A stretch of DNA of 62,111 nucleotides, filler included, from Candidatus Fermentibacterota bacterium (GCA_016928395.1; 6 parts of 6 records of this genome joined end to end with filler, not necessarily neighbours in it), one strand, 5' to 3'; shown: positions 17,822 to 28,507, counted from the whole stretch's first letter. Notes: a model not told the origin generated them from the sequence alone. Translations and numbers: made by a program.

Positions 17822-18901
17822 ATGCCCCGCATGTTGTCTATGGCCATGGGTGTGCTTGCCATGCCCGCGATCGCCGGTGCACAGAACCCCCTCATCATCG
17901 ATCATACCTGCACGAATCTGGAATCGATTCCCCTGGCGGTCATTGAGGAGATCAAGTCCCCAGATAATGTCTTTCACTACGGGCACCGTTCCCATGGGTG
18001 GCAGCCGGTGGAGGGGTTGATCCAGATCGAATCCTTGTATGGCGCAACCTACAACTTCGATCGCAGGTACTGCGGCATGCCCAATGACACGACGGCACTG
18101 GGCATGTGGGACGGGATGACGTCAAACGACTATGTCGCGCCGGAGGATTACTGGTTCTCCCAGGCAGGCATGAACGATCTGCGCAGCATCCTGACGAATC
18201 ACCCCCAAATCAAGTACTCCATGTGGTCATGGTGCGGCGAACACCACTGGTGGCCGCTGGCGGACATTCAGGCATACCTGGATTCTCTGGATCAACTGAG
18301 CACAGAGTTCGAGAATGTGACCTTCGTCTACATGACGGGAAACGCCGAGTATGACCACGAGTATCCTGATCCGTGGGGGATCCACGCGCGGTGGGAGCGG
18401 GGGAACATGATCCGTGACTACTGCGTGGCGCACGACAAGGTGCTCTTCGACTTCGAGGACATGGACTGCTGGTATGAGGGAACTCAGCATACGGTGACAG
18501 TGGAACTGGACTCAACCTATGTCATCCCATGCCAGCATCCCGCGTACTGGGGCGACGAGGTCGCCCATACGACGATGGTAAACTGCATCAACAAGGGGAA
18601 AGCATTCTGGTACATGATGGCCCTGCTGCAGGATATGCTTGCCGCCCCGGTCATCACCGGCATCAGCGCGGACTCCGATTCCATCCGCGTCTCGTGGAAT
18701 CCCGTATCGGGCGCCAGCAACTACCGGGTCTACTCCTCAAGCCATCCTTACTCGGGGTATTCCCTGGACGTGACCGGAGTGTTCGACGGTCTCACCTGGT
18801 CATCGGAAATCGCGAGCAGCATGCGCTTCTATCACCTCACCGCAACCGCGGGCTCGGAAGAATCCGCAGCCTCCAACCGGGTAGGGTATTCGAGATACTA
18901 A
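17822..18901 (+). CDS. secreted hypothetical protein (SGNH-like core) with C-terminal FN3-like domain
   Basis: signal peptide, IIDHTCT, HRSHG, MWSWC, LFDFEDMD; C-term VSWNPVSGASNYRVY...SNRVG. Confidence 0.7.
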   Translation: MPRMLSMAMGVLAMPAIAGAQNPLIIDHTCTNLESIPLAVIEEIKSPDNVFHYGHRSHGWQPVEGLIQIESLYGATYNFDRRYCGMPNDTTALGMWDGMTSNDYVAPEDYWFSQAGMNDLRSILTNHPQIKYSMWSWCGEHHWWPLADIQAYLDSLDQLSTEFENVTFVYMTGNAEYDHEYPDPWGIHARWERGNMIRDYCVAHDKVLFDFEDMDCWYEGTQHTVTVELDSTYVIPCQHPAYWGDEVAHTTMVNCINKGKAFWYMMALLQDMLAAPVITGISADSDSIRVSWNPVSGASNYRVYSSSHPYSGYSLDVTGVFDGLTWSSEIASSMRFYHLTATAGSEESAASNRVGYSRY

Positions 18902-19189
18902 CGTCAGGCGCCTGCACAGCCTCGTGCTGCAGGTACGAGGGCTCGTGCCCATCAATGTGATGTGTAGCATTCCGTCGTGGCTCGTGAACATGATGAAGGA
19001 GCGGACATGGCCTTCATACCATCCGCAGACCACATCGTGAAAAAGCAGGTCGCGTTGCGTGGCCTCGGTCACGTCCTCGGTGAACCACTCCCCCGTCAGC
19101 TCGTCGACGATCGACATGATACCATCGGCGATGGGGCCGGTCGGTCGCGTGCAGATGTGGATAGACACGCCGCCGGGAGGATCCATCAC
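18900..19189 (-). pseudogene. truncated GNAT acetyltransferase remnant
   Basis: SFIMFTSHDGMLHITLMGT then loses GNAT similarity where motif A should be, and runs into the opposite gene. Confidence 0.4.
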
Positions 19190-19286
19190 ATCTCACTCTC
19201 AGGATTATGGAGGAAGCACGGTGCTAGCGTTGTGACTTCGGGGGATAGTACCGCACGGATTGGAGAAATCTAGTCTCGCCACACCA

Positions 19287-20294
19287 TCACGTTGCCCAGG
19301 CCTTCAGCACTCTGAGGGCATGCAGGGTGATCCACTTGCTGGGCGCGCCCTTCTCTTCGATGTCCACCAGGAACTTGCCGTTGAAGGTGTCGGCCAGCTT
19401 CCACCTGCCGTCGGCGTCCTGCTTGGATATGACCACATCCACGGCTTCCCGCATCCGCTCATCCCGGTAGCCCAGCCGCGTCAGGATCCCGAGTATCTCC
19501 AGGATGTCGGTCTGCCACATACGCGGGAACCCAAACCGGCGCCATCCCGGCTTGGAGACCTTGGCCAGGTCATGGCTCCGTTTGTGGATGTGGTGCCTGA
19601 GGAGGTACTCGACACTTTGGTCGATGGTGCGCCGTACCCCGCGTGACCACTCGGAGGCGGGGATCTCCGCCAGAGCCTTCAGTGCCTTGACCACTCCCAT
19701 GTGACAGGTGTGGCGTCCCCAGCACATCTCATAGGTGTCGTAGGGCCAGCCGGTGGGGGGATCGACGACGCCATCATCGAATCGTTGGTACCTAACCAGC
19801 CAGCCGATGGCCCGCTCGACCCGCGGATCGCCTCCGTAACCGAACCTCAGAAGCGCCCAGGCAAGGTTCCCGGTCAAACAGGGGAGTACTTCGCGGTGCC
19901 GGCCGCCGCCGGCTCGCACCGCCTGGTTCATGGCGAACCCGCCGCTTGACCTGTCCTGCAGGCGCTCCAGAACGAACTCGCATCCGCGCCGCACCCGCTC
20001 GTCATCTCCCTCGGCGAGAAGCCCGGCCAGGATGATGAGCTGCCACACGGTGCCGCGATACTTGGCGTGATAGGGACGATCAGGTCGGTCCCACGAGCCA
20101 TCGGGGTTCTGTTGCGCCAGGACCCGCGGCGCCACACCGGTGCGCATGATCGCGGCGCGGGCCTGTTTGACTTCCGGAACCGTCTCAGGCCGCCCGAGGA
20201 TGTCCACCAGGGTCAGGTACCGAACCGACGGATTGTCCTCCTCGAGAAGCCAGCCCGTCGGGTCGCCTAATAGTAGCTGTTTCCAGTCACTCAT
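19287..20294 (-). CDS. prenyltransferase/squalene-cyclase repeat (alpha6-alpha6 barrel) protein
   Basis: WLLEEDNPSVRY, QNPDGSW, YQRFDDG, KQDADGRW. Confidence 0.75.
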   Translation of the reverse strand: MSDWKQLLLGDPTGWLLEEDNPSVRYLTLVDILGRPETVPEVKQARAAIMRTGVAPRVLAQQNPDGSWDRPDRPYHAKYRGTVWQLIILAGLLAEGDDERVRRGCEFVLERLQDRSSGGFAMNQAVRAGGGRHREVLPCLTGNLAWALLRFGYGGDPRVERAIGWLVRYQRFDDGVVDPPTGWPYDTYEMCWGRHTCHMGVVKALKALAEIPASEWSRGVRRTIDQSVEYLLRHHIHKRSHDLAKVSKPGWRRFGFPRMWQTDILEILGILTRLGYRDERMREAVDVVISKQDADGRWKLADTFNGKFLVDIEEKGAPSKWITLHALRVLKAWAT

Positions 20295-20513
20295 CGCACT
20301 CTGTCCTGTCGTGCATCCAAGGAGATCTTGAGGCAAGGTTCAGTACTTGACCGCCTGAAGAGACGGGATGCAGGTGGGGAGTCGAGCCTGGGTTGCCGAA
20401 TCGCGTGGGGAGACACGCGCTTTCCTTGGGAGAGCACGCCTGGGAGGGATACCCCGCCCATCGGCCTTCTCTCAGACAGTGAGCGATCCCGGTTCAGCAG
20501 TGCTGCTTCCGTG

Positions 20514-21068
20514 CTACATAAACCAGCACTGCTTGGAGTGCGAGAGCATGTCGATGAATGTACCGACCCCCACCAGGCTCAGATTCGGGTAGTCGATCAA
20601 CTCCTCCTTCTTGATGCCCATGATGTCCATCGACATCGTGCAGACGTGGATTCTGACGCCCATATCCGCTGCCTCCTTCATGAGATCCTCAAGCTGCGCG
20701 GCACCACGATTCCGCATCACGTGACGGATCATGCCGGGGCCAATTCCTGCCATGTGCATCTTCGAGAGCGGCAGCTTCTTCGAGCCACGCGGCAGCATGA
20801 GGCCAAACATGGTGTCTAGAACCCCCTTCTTCACGCGTTTCTTGGGGTCTCGCAGAGCGGCCGTGGCCCAGAACGTGAAGAACATGTCGACCTCCATGTC
20901 AAAGGCGGCCGCGCCGACTGCGATGATGAAGGCTGCAATTGTGTAGTCGAGATCTCCGCTCATGACGCCGAGCGTCAGGCGGTCTGATGGCGTACCCTTC
21001 TCGAGCGTTTCGACGCGGGCAACGAGTTGCCTGATAATCTCATCACGATCTTCGTTTGACTGGCTCAT
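20514..21068 (-). CDS. DsrE2/DrsE-like sulfur carrier (peroxiredoxin-family) protein
   Basis: MFFTFWA, LPLSKM, CTMSMDIMGI. Confidence 0.88.
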   Translation of the reverse strand: MSQSNEDRDEIIRQLVARVETLEKGTPSDRLTLGVMSGDLDYTIAAFIIAVGAAAFDMEVDMFFTFWATAALRDPKKRVKKGVLDTMFGLMLPRGSKKLPLSKMHMAGIGPGMIRHVMRNRGAAQLEDLMKEAADMGVRIHVCTMSMDIMGIKKEELIDYPNLSLVGVGTFIDMLSHSKQCWFM

Positions 21069-21409
21069 ATCTCCCTCTCCTGATCGAGTTCCTCGGCCCT
21101 ACGCCCCCGCGCGATGAGGCCTTCGAGGAGGACTTCACGCACCATCGCACAACACACGGCAATCTTGAGATTGCTCAATCGGTAGTAGACAGTCCGGCCA
21201 TCCCGGCGAGTGAGGACTACCTCCTTGTCTCGCATGATTCGCAGGTGTTGGCTCACCGCGCTGATGGAGCTACCCAGTGCATCGGCGAGCTCACCAACAC
21301 TGGCCTCGCCTCTCTTCAGCACCTCCAGGATGGCCAAGCGCTTGGCGTGGGCCATGGTCGAGCATAGGTCGGCTTGTTGTTCCAGAATATCATAGTTACT
21401 TATTTTCAT
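21065..21409 (-). CDS. ArsR/SmtB family transcriptional regulator
   Basis: MAHAKRLAIL...SVGELA...VSQHLRIM...RRDGRTVYYRL; start set at ATG 21409. Confidence 0.9.
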   Translation of the reverse strand: MKISNYDILEQQADLCSTMAHAKRLAILEVLKRGEASVGELADALGSSISAVSQHLRIMRDKEVVLTRRDGRTVYYRLSNLKIAVCCAMVREVLLEGLIARGRRAEELDQEREI

Positions 21410-21522
21410 TCTTGGTAAAATATGCATCATTGCGACAAGCGCAATGGCTCTCCGCACTGAGAAGCACCTCCCCACAGCACGGCTGCCCGGGCGCGTGCGT
21501 ATGTCGTCACGGTTGGCAATGC

Positions 21523-22164
21523 TCAACGCCGGCAGTGGTAGGTCCTGATCAGTCCCTGATGGCCGTGGAGCCTGCCTTCCGCTTCCTCCACCAGTGCATA
21601 GCCTGCGCGCTCCAGGACACGGCATGACGCGACATTGTCCGCCGCCACAATGCCCAGGATGTGCGGCAGCTTGAAACGACGTAGTCCCCATTCAGACATC
21701 GCCGCCACCGCTTCAGACGCGAGCCCTTTGCCCTGGTGCTTTTCCTCAATGGCGTAGCCGATCTCCACGGTACCGCGCAGCGGACTCAATCCGACATGCC
21801 CCACCAGTTCGCCATTGCCGCGCAGACACACCCCCAGCACATAGGGGCCGGCTGCCGGGGTGCCGGGGTCGGCATACTGCGAGATCAGGTAGCACAGCAC
21901 CTCCCGCGCTTCGCGTTCGTCCGCGTAGACCTGATCCGGGATCCATGTGCGCATGCCGCCTTCCTGACTCATCGCGAAGACCTTCGCGGCATCGTCAAGC
22001 ACAAAAGGCCGTAGCGTGAGCCGTCGGGTCAGGATTGGTAACGAATCCTCAACGGGCTCAGGTCGGGGTGTGAGCATGGCATGTGACTCCATAGTGGTGG
22101 CCGGTTGCTCTATCTGAGGCGCTGTCTGGGGATCCAGCATCCGCAGTTCGTCTGCAGCAGCCAT
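21523..22164 (-). CDS. GNAT N-acetyltransferase (RimJ/RimL-like)
   Basis: TRRLTLRPF, EIGYAI...QGKGLASEA, NVASCRVLERAG. Confidence 0.88.
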   Translation of the reverse strand: MAAADELRMLDPQTAPQIEQPATTMESHAMLTPRPEPVEDSLPILTRRLTLRPFVLDDAAKVFAMSQEGGMRTWIPDQVYADEREAREVLCYLISQYADPGTPAAGPYVLGVCLRGNGELVGHVGLSPLRGTVEIGYAIEEKHQGKGLASEAVAAMSEWGLRRFKLPHILGIVAADNVASCRVLERAGYALVEEAEGRLHGHQGLIRTYHCRR

Positions 22165-22175
22165 GCCGTCGCCAC

Positions 22176-22901
22176 CTAGACGAGGCCGAGAGCAACCGCA
22201 ATGAAGCCGGGGCCGTTGACGCCGGCGTGAATGACAACCCCTACCCAGCTATTCCGCCGCCGCTGCACGACATACGGAAGGATGATCAGAATCGGCAGCA
22301 GCACGATCACCAGATACCAGCCGAAGGCAGCGTGAAAGAGCAGCCAACCGCATGCATTGGCGATCCACGCCTTTGGTCCCAGCGCGACCTCCTGGCGCGG
22401 GAGCACGACACCTCGCCAGAGAACCTCCTCGCCCATGATGTTCAGAACCCAGAATGGCAGCCATGCCGCCAGAATCCAGTACCTTCCTGGCGACAAAGGC
22501 TCGAATGCCATGAAAGGCGGGTGCAGATCACTGCCGCCGCCCAGCGCCCCCAGTGCGGCCTGGATGCCGGCACCCAGTATGCCGATGACGATAGTGGCTC
22601 CGATTCCCCATGCCCAGTCGCTTCTGCTCATCCTGCGGAAGCGAAGGCGCTTCGTCCAGAGTCGATTCCTCGGGTGCCCCTCCCGGCGTATGAGCAGATG
22701 ACCGGCCATGAGAAGCGGGGCAAATACGCCGAAACCACCGATCAGAAACCAGAAAAGGATCGGCTCCCGGCCGGTATGTGCACTCAGAAGCGGAATCAGC
22801 CCATGGGTTGCGACGAACAAGAGGAGCCCGGCCGCACCAAAGCCTGCCAGGGTATGGATCCACCCCATGGGGGGAACTCGGATACGCGCTTCACCCACCA
22901 T
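22176..22901 (-). CDS. CPBP/CAAX intramembrane metalloprotease
   Basis: GEEVLWRG, LFH, HAGVN; start set at ATG 22901. Confidence 0.85.
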   Translation of the reverse strand: MVGEARIRVPPMGWIHTLAGFGAAGLLLFVATHGLIPLLSAHTGREPILFWFLIGGFGVFAPLLMAGHLLIRREGHPRNRLWTKRLRFRRMSRSDWAWGIGATIVIGILGAGIQAALGALGGGSDLHPPFMAFEPLSPGRYWILAAWLPFWVLNIMGEEVLWRGVVLPRQEVALGPKAWIANACGWLLFHAAFGWYLVIVLLPILIILPYVVQRRRNSWVGVVIHAGVNGPGFIAVALGLV

Positions 22902-23703
22902 CCCTTCATTCGACTCCACCGTTGATCTCCGCTGTGCTGCCGACACGAAGTCCACTTCCTTCCTTCCCTGTGCTCCACGCCCGCTACCCTGCGTTGCCTT
23001 CCGCCGCGTGCTGCCGCTCCACTGGGTTGACTCCGCCCGCCGATCGTGCTGGTGGCGAGTCGTGGTCAGCGGCCGGCGACCCGAAACGGGCCATAGAACC
23101 ATCCAGCTCAATCAAAGGCTTCCAGAATGGGTGTGCGCTCCTCGACATCGCCCTGCGGCCATTCCCGCATATCATAATGCTCTGGCTTGAGGCTCCTCAC
23201 CAGAATCTGTACACGACGTGCCGTCTCGAACATGGCCGAAGGCCTCTACACGCAAGGAGGCCGCGTCCGTGGGAGCATCGCCCCCTTCCTGTGCAGCCTC
23301 TGGAGGGACGCGCTCCCGCGCGTCCGCCAGGTATGAGATCCACATCTCCATGGCGACGCATGACCGCTGCCGTCGAATCGATCGAGCCCCGCTCCAGGCC
23401 ATCGCGGGGAAACCCCTTCAGTCGCGGCACTCCGCCGGACCTGAACGCCCTGGTATGGTCCGTACTGATGCAGCCCCGGTTGCCGGCTCTCGGACGCGGG
23501 GAAGCGCGTCCCTCCACGGTGTGCGATTCCTGTTTCCCACTGTGGCGTACTTCTGCCATTACTCCCAATGGCTTCCTGCCATCGGAATTCCCGTACTCAC
23601 GCACAGATTCTGTCGAGAAGCCGGTCTTCCCGCCCCGTGGGGACGTTGCGTTCGCGGGGCGCAGTGGCAGCATTCCCCGCGCTAGTCCGCCGGACGTGCG
23701 CCG

Positions 23704-24849
23704 CTACTTCCTGTTGGGATTGTGTCGTTTCGGCTTCCCCTCGATTCTCTCGATCGGATCATTGATGTAGACCTTGCCGAGTCCGATTGCCGAGGTAATG
23801 ATGCCGCCCCTTCGATCTTCACTGATGTCGTTCGAATACCCAAGATCCACGGGAACTTTGCCCCGTCCACCTTGGGCATCCACTACGTAGGTTGGGCGAA
23901 GAAACCCCGTGGTGGCTCCGCAAAGATCTCGACAGATCTCTTTCCCCCTGTAGACTTCCGTTCTGAAGTGACCGGTTCCCTCAACAAGGTCAGCATAGTA
24001 CAGATAGTAGGGCTTTACTCCCATCCGGCCTAGACCGTGCACCAGGTCTCTCATGATATCCGTATCATCGTTGACTCCCTTTAGCAGTACACTCTGGTTT
24101 GCTATTGGAATCCCAAGGTCCCTTATGATCTTCACCGCCTGGTAGCTCAGGTTGGTTATCTCATTGGGATGATTGAAGTGGGTGTTTATGTATAGTTGTG
24201 TGTCATTGAGCGACTTCGGCGTGTGTTTCCTTAGCGTCTCCACGAGCTCAACGTCTTCAATGATTCTCTGCGGCCAGACGCAGGGGACTCTCGTTCCTAT
24301 TCTTATCAGATCAAGATGTTTGATTCCCTTCAATCTCCCAAGTATTTCGTCAAGTCTCCTGTTCGAAATCAGTAGTGGATCACCGCCGGAAACCAATACA
24401 TCTCGAATATCCTCGTGAGAAGCAACGTAGTCAATTCCTCGATTTATGTCTTCCATCGATGGATTCTTTCGATCGTCACCGACCTTTCTCTTTCTCGTGC
24501 AGAACCTGCAATACATCGCACATTCGTTTGACACAAAGAGTAGGACTCTGTCAGGATAGCGATGTATTATTGTCCTCGGACCCCCGAGAGGAATATCACC
24601 TTCCTCATCCAACGGGTCTTCCGTGAGGTCCATGTAGTGCTCAAGTTCCTCGACATCGGGAATTGCCTGCTTCCAGATGCCGTCATTCATCTTCTCGATC
24701 AGCCCGAGATAGTACGTGTTTACCCGCATGGGATACTTGGCAATGACGTCTCTGAGTCGTGGATCCACTCGGGCCTTGCGGCCTGTAAGCCATTTCTCCA
24801 GATCCTCGAAGGTCTTTATGGAGTTCCTCAGGATCTCCTTGTACGCCAT
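23704..24849 (-). CDS. KamA family radical SAM aminomutase (lysine 2,3-aminomutase-like)
   Basis: HRYPDRVL, CAMYCRFCTRKR, SGGDPL, NTHFNHP, NQSVLLKGVND, GKVP. Confidence 0.92.
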   Translation of the reverse strand: MAYKEILRNSIKTFEDLEKWLTGRKARVDPRLRDVIAKYPMRVNTYYLGLIEKMNDGIWKQAIPDVEELEHYMDLTEDPLDEEGDIPLGGPRTIIHRYPDRVLLFVSNECAMYCRFCTRKRKVGDDRKNPSMEDINRGIDYVASHEDIRDVLVSGGDPLLISNRRLDEILGRLKGIKHLDLIRIGTRVPCVWPQRIIEDVELVETLRKHTPKSLNDTQLYINTHFNHPNEITNLSYQAVKIIRDLGIPIANQSVLLKGVNDDTDIMRDLVHGLGRMGVKPYYLYYADLVEGTGHFRTEVYRGKEICRDLCGATTGFLRPTYVVDAQGGRGKVPVDLGYSNDISEDRRGGIITSAIGLGKVYINDPIERIEGKPKRHNPNRK

Positions 24850-25268
24850 TTACGGTTCTCCTTCTCCGGCCACGGGAAGCGAGCCGGGCTCCATCAGTGA
24901 CGAGTAGAACACTCCCGCGAAGCACGGTCGCGCGGGGAATGCGGACTGAGGTTTCGCAGTGTGAGATGTAGGCAGGGGAAGAACGACCGGGTTGCCACCG
25001 GTGAATGCATCATGCACACGAGATCCCAACCGGTGCCGAAGGTCATCATGCGATCCAATCCCGCCACTCACACTCCACACCGTGAAGGCAATGCTCGGAT
25101 CACGATGGGCGGCAAGGAACGAGGTCCTTCAAGTAGCGTCAAGCAGCCATGGGCGTGAAGGGGCAGTCTGGCCAGTGGTTTCCACGATTCTCTCGTGCGG
25201 TAGCTATGAAAAGGCCTCGGGCGGATCGGTCACGCGGCCAGGGATTCCCCCCGTCCCCGCGTGCCCCG

Positions 25269-26186
25269 TCACGGGCTGGTCTCCTCGTCGTCGTCCTCCG
25301 TGGTGGGCAGGGAGAATCTCATAGGCCCGATCGGGGTGGGCACCCTGATTTCCTTTGCGCGGGGCTGGCGGATACGGGTGCGGGGCACCCTCACGGGTTC
25401 GGGAGAAAAGCCTTCCACATCGGCGAAGTCCTCCGGCACCCATCGGCCGTCTTCGGGCAGACACAAGAGGTTGAGCGCGGCGATTTCGCCGAACACGTTC
25501 TCCTCGCACTTCATGAAGTTCTCAGGGTTGTAGAGCATGGGGGTATGCCAGAACATCCGGTAGCCTTGGCGGGCAATGCAGGCGATCAGCTCGTCAGACC
25601 GATCGTTCCGGTCGTTTTCGACGTAGAGGACAGGTCTGCACCGCGCGATCATCTTCACCGCGCCCTCGATCACTGTGTGCTCCATGCCTTCCACATCGAT
25701 CTTGACCAAGTGCAGGCGTTCCAGTTCGAGCCCATCCAGCGTGATGACCGACATGGGCTCTCCCGGCGAAGAGGACCGCAGTGACAGCCCCGCGAAGTTC
25801 GTGTGGCAACGGGGATCGACAGACTGCGCAAAGAGAACGCCCGGCTGATCGCCGAGAGCCGCCTGGTGGGCGAACACATTGGTGATGCTGTTGAGCGCAA
25901 GATTGGCGCACAGCGTCTGAAAGAGCAGCCGTTGCGGTTCAAAGGCATAGACCGTACCCGTCGGACCGACAGCCCTGGCCAGGGGAATCGTGTGGGTGCC
26001 GATGCACGCACCCACGTCCACCACCACCGCGCCGTCTTCCGCGATCCTGCCGAGCAGTTCGATTTCGGCTTCGGTGAATTCACCATACAGATCCAGGGAA
26101 CGGCCGACATAGGCGTCGTTGGGGTTGAAGACCATGAGCCCGTGGCGGCAGATCCTCACCTTATTGAACAGCCTGGCATAGCGCAT
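25269..26186 (-). CDS. FkbM family methyltransferase
   Basis: VDVGACIGTH, AFEPQ, KIDVEGME. Confidence 0.9.
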   Translation of the reverse strand: MRYARLFNKVRICRHGLMVFNPNDAYVGRSLDLYGEFTEAEIELLGRIAEDGAVVVDVGACIGTHTIPLARAVGPTGTVYAFEPQRLLFQTLCANLALNSITNVFAHQAALGDQPGVLFAQSVDPRCHTNFAGLSLRSSSPGEPMSVITLDGLELERLHLVKIDVEGMEHTVIEGAVKMIARCRPVLYVENDRNDRSDELIACIARQGYRMFWHTPMLYNPENFMKCEENVFGEIAALNLLCLPEDGRWVPEDFADVEGFSPEPVRVPRTRIRQPRAKEIRVPTPIGPMRFSLPTTEDDDEETSP

Positions 26187-26368
26187 CGAATCACCTCCTG
26201 CCTCACGGCAGCACGGTCTGAACACTACGAGACTGCGCGGAAGGTCCACAGCAGAGGCCCTGGTCGCAAGGATGCGTACTGGTGCCCGGGCAGCCGTGGT
26301 TGCTTATTGAGCCGGCATGCTCCCTGCGCAGGAGCAACCCTTCCGCGAACCTTGAACGCACGGGGAAC

Positions 26369-28507
26369 ATGATGGTGTACCCTCCCCTCGAATCGATGGC
26401 CATTCCCGGAGCGGGCATTGTACTGCTCATTGCCGCCTGCGCGGCATCCTCGTATCCCTCGACGCCGCGTGGAGCTGTGAAAGATACCCTCCACGGCGAG
26501 GCCATAGCCGATCCCTACCGGTGGCTGGAGAACGGCACAGATCCAAGGGTCATTCGCTGGACCGAGGCGCAGGAGCAGCTCGCCCGAGGCTTGCTCGATG
26601 CCCTCCCGCAGCGGGAGTGGCTCATCCGCCGCCTCAACGAGGTATGGCGCTCTGACGACCGGTCGGCATCCACGGAAGTGTTGGATGGTACGCGGATCTT
26701 CTTCTGGGCCAAGCGCAAGAATGAAGATCGGTGGCGCTTTGTGACCCAGGCGGATGAGCGCGCGGATACGGTTGAGCTTCTTAACCCTAACCTCTGGCCT
26801 CAGCAGGAGACTCTCGATCTGGCAACGCCCTCTCGTGATGGGAGCCTGCTGGCCTTCGGCAAGGCCCATGGGGGTGACGAAGATCCTGTCATCCAGATCA
26901 TGGAAGTCGCCACCAGGCGCATCCTCCCCGATTCCCTCCGCGGGTGGCGCAGGGGCGGTGTGTCTTGGCTCCCCGACAACAGCGGGTTCTTCTACTCCGC
27001 CAATCCCCAAAAGGGTGAGGTTCCGGCGGGAGAGGAGTTCTACTGGCACTCGGCATACTTCCACAGGCTGGGCACGCCGGCCTCAGAAGACCCGAAGGTC
27101 TTCTGGCACGGCACGGTGAAGGAATGCTTCCACGGCGCTGGGGTCACGGAAGACGGGCAGTACCTGCTGCACTACCGCTACCGATTCGACAAGAACGAGG
27201 TGTACATCGCCCGAGTCGGTGAGGAGGCCCCCCCGCGACCCATCGTCACCGGATTCGATGCACAGTATCTCATTGATGCCATCGACGGGAAGCTCTTCAT
27301 CGTCACTGATCTGGATGCGCCCAGGCGAAGAGTCTTCACCGCCCCAGTCGACAACCCTGCGCGCGAAAACTGGAAGGAGTTCCTGCCGGAAGCCGAGGAC
27401 AATCTGGTGTCGCTTGGGTGCATCGCCGGCAAGATCTACGTCGAGTACTCCCACAACGCGACCACGCGGGTTGCCATCTACGACATAGACGGAAGACACC
27501 TCCGGGATCTGCCCCTTCCGGGCCTGGGGTCAGCCTCGGTGAGCGGGTACTGGTCGAAGCCGACGGTCTGGGTGTCATTCAGCTCGTTCTCCTACCCGAA
27601 GGCGATCTTCACGTACGAGTATGCGACCGACGAGTTGCGGCTGTTTCACCAAAGTCCTGTGCCCGTCGACGTTGATCATTTCACGACCGGACAGGTGTGG
27701 TACACCTCGAAGGACGGGACTCCCGTCTCCATGTTCCTGATCCACCGTAAGGATCTCGTCCGCGACGGTGCGAACCCGGTACTGCTTACCGGCTACGGCG
27801 GCTTCAATATCCCTCAGACGCCCTATTTCTCCGGCGGGTACGTGGCCTGGATCGAGGCTGGCGGAATGGTGGCGATCCCCAATCTCCGGGGCGGCGGCGA
27901 GTATGGCAGGGAGTGGCATGAGGCCGGCATGCTCGACAAGAAGCAGAACGTCTTTGATGACTTCCTCGCCGCGGCAGAATGGCTGATTCGAGAAGGCTAC
28001 ACAATTCCCGCGAAGCTCGCCATTGAGGGCGGGAGCAATGGCGGTCTATTGGTCGGAGCCGCAGTCGTGCAGCGGCCGGACCTTTTCCGTGCGGTGCTGT
28101 GCGAGGTCCCGTTGCTCGACATGCTCCGCTATCACCGGTTCGGCCTCGCCAACATCTGGGCCGAGGAATACGGCAACGCCGATAATCCAGAACAGTTCCG
28201 GTACCTTCGTGCCTACTCGCCCTATCACAACGTGAAGGAAGGCGTGCGCTACCCCGCCATGCTGTTCGTCGCCGGTGAGAACGATGCGCGAGTCGACCCG
28301 GTGCATGCCCGGAAGATGGTGGCGCGGCTGCAGGCAGCGGATCCGGACGGCCAGCCCATCCTGCTCATCGTGCAGCGAGAATCAGGTCACGGTGGCGGCA
28401 CAACCCTCTCGCACCACATCGAGCAACGGGCCGATGCGTGGGGGTTCCTGATGGACCGCCTCGGAATGAAACCGGAGGGAAAAGCCCAAGTCGGCGGTCA
28501 GCAGTAG
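26369..28507 (+). CDS. prolyl oligopeptidase (S9A); start uncertain
   Basis: ADPYRWLE, GYGGF, GGSNGG, DARV, GHG. Confidence 0.93.
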   Translation: MMVYPPLESMAIPGAGIVLLIAACAASSYPSTPRGAVKDTLHGEAIADPYRWLENGTDPRVIRWTEAQEQLARGLLDALPQREWLIRRLNEVWRSDDRSASTEVLDGTRIFFWAKRKNEDRWRFVTQADERADTVELLNPNLWPQQETLDLATPSRDGSLLAFGKAHGGDEDPVIQIMEVATRRILPDSLRGWRRGGVSWLPDNSGFFYSANPQKGEVPAGEEFYWHSAYFHRLGTPASEDPKVFWHGTVKECFHGAGVTEDGQYLLHYRYRFDKNEVYIARVGEEAPPRPIVTGFDAQYLIDAIDGKLFIVTDLDAPRRRVFTAPVDNPARENWKEFLPEAEDNLVSLGCIAGKIYVEYSHNATTRVAIYDIDGRHLRDLPLPGLGSASVSGYWSKPTVWVSFSSFSYPKAIFTYEYATDELRLFHQSPVPVDVDHFTTGQVWYTSKDGTPVSMFLIHRKDLVRDGANPVLLTGYGGFNIPQTPYFSGGYVAWIEAGGMVAIPNLRGGGEYGREWHEAGMLDKKQNVFDDFLAAAEWLIREGYTIPAKLAIEGGSNGGLLVGAAVVQRPDLFRAVLCEVPLLDMLRYHRFGLANIWAEEYGNADNPEQFRYLRAYSPYHNVKEGVRYPAMLFVAGENDARVDPVHARKMVARLQAADPDGQPILLIVQRESGHGGGTTLSHHIEQRADAWGFLMDRLGMKPEGKAQVGGQQ

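Noticed and set aside
22902-23700. Several overlapping ORFs and a possible ncRNA in a long intergenic stretch
   Set aside because: Arg/Pro-rich spurious translations; no RNA family recognisable by eye
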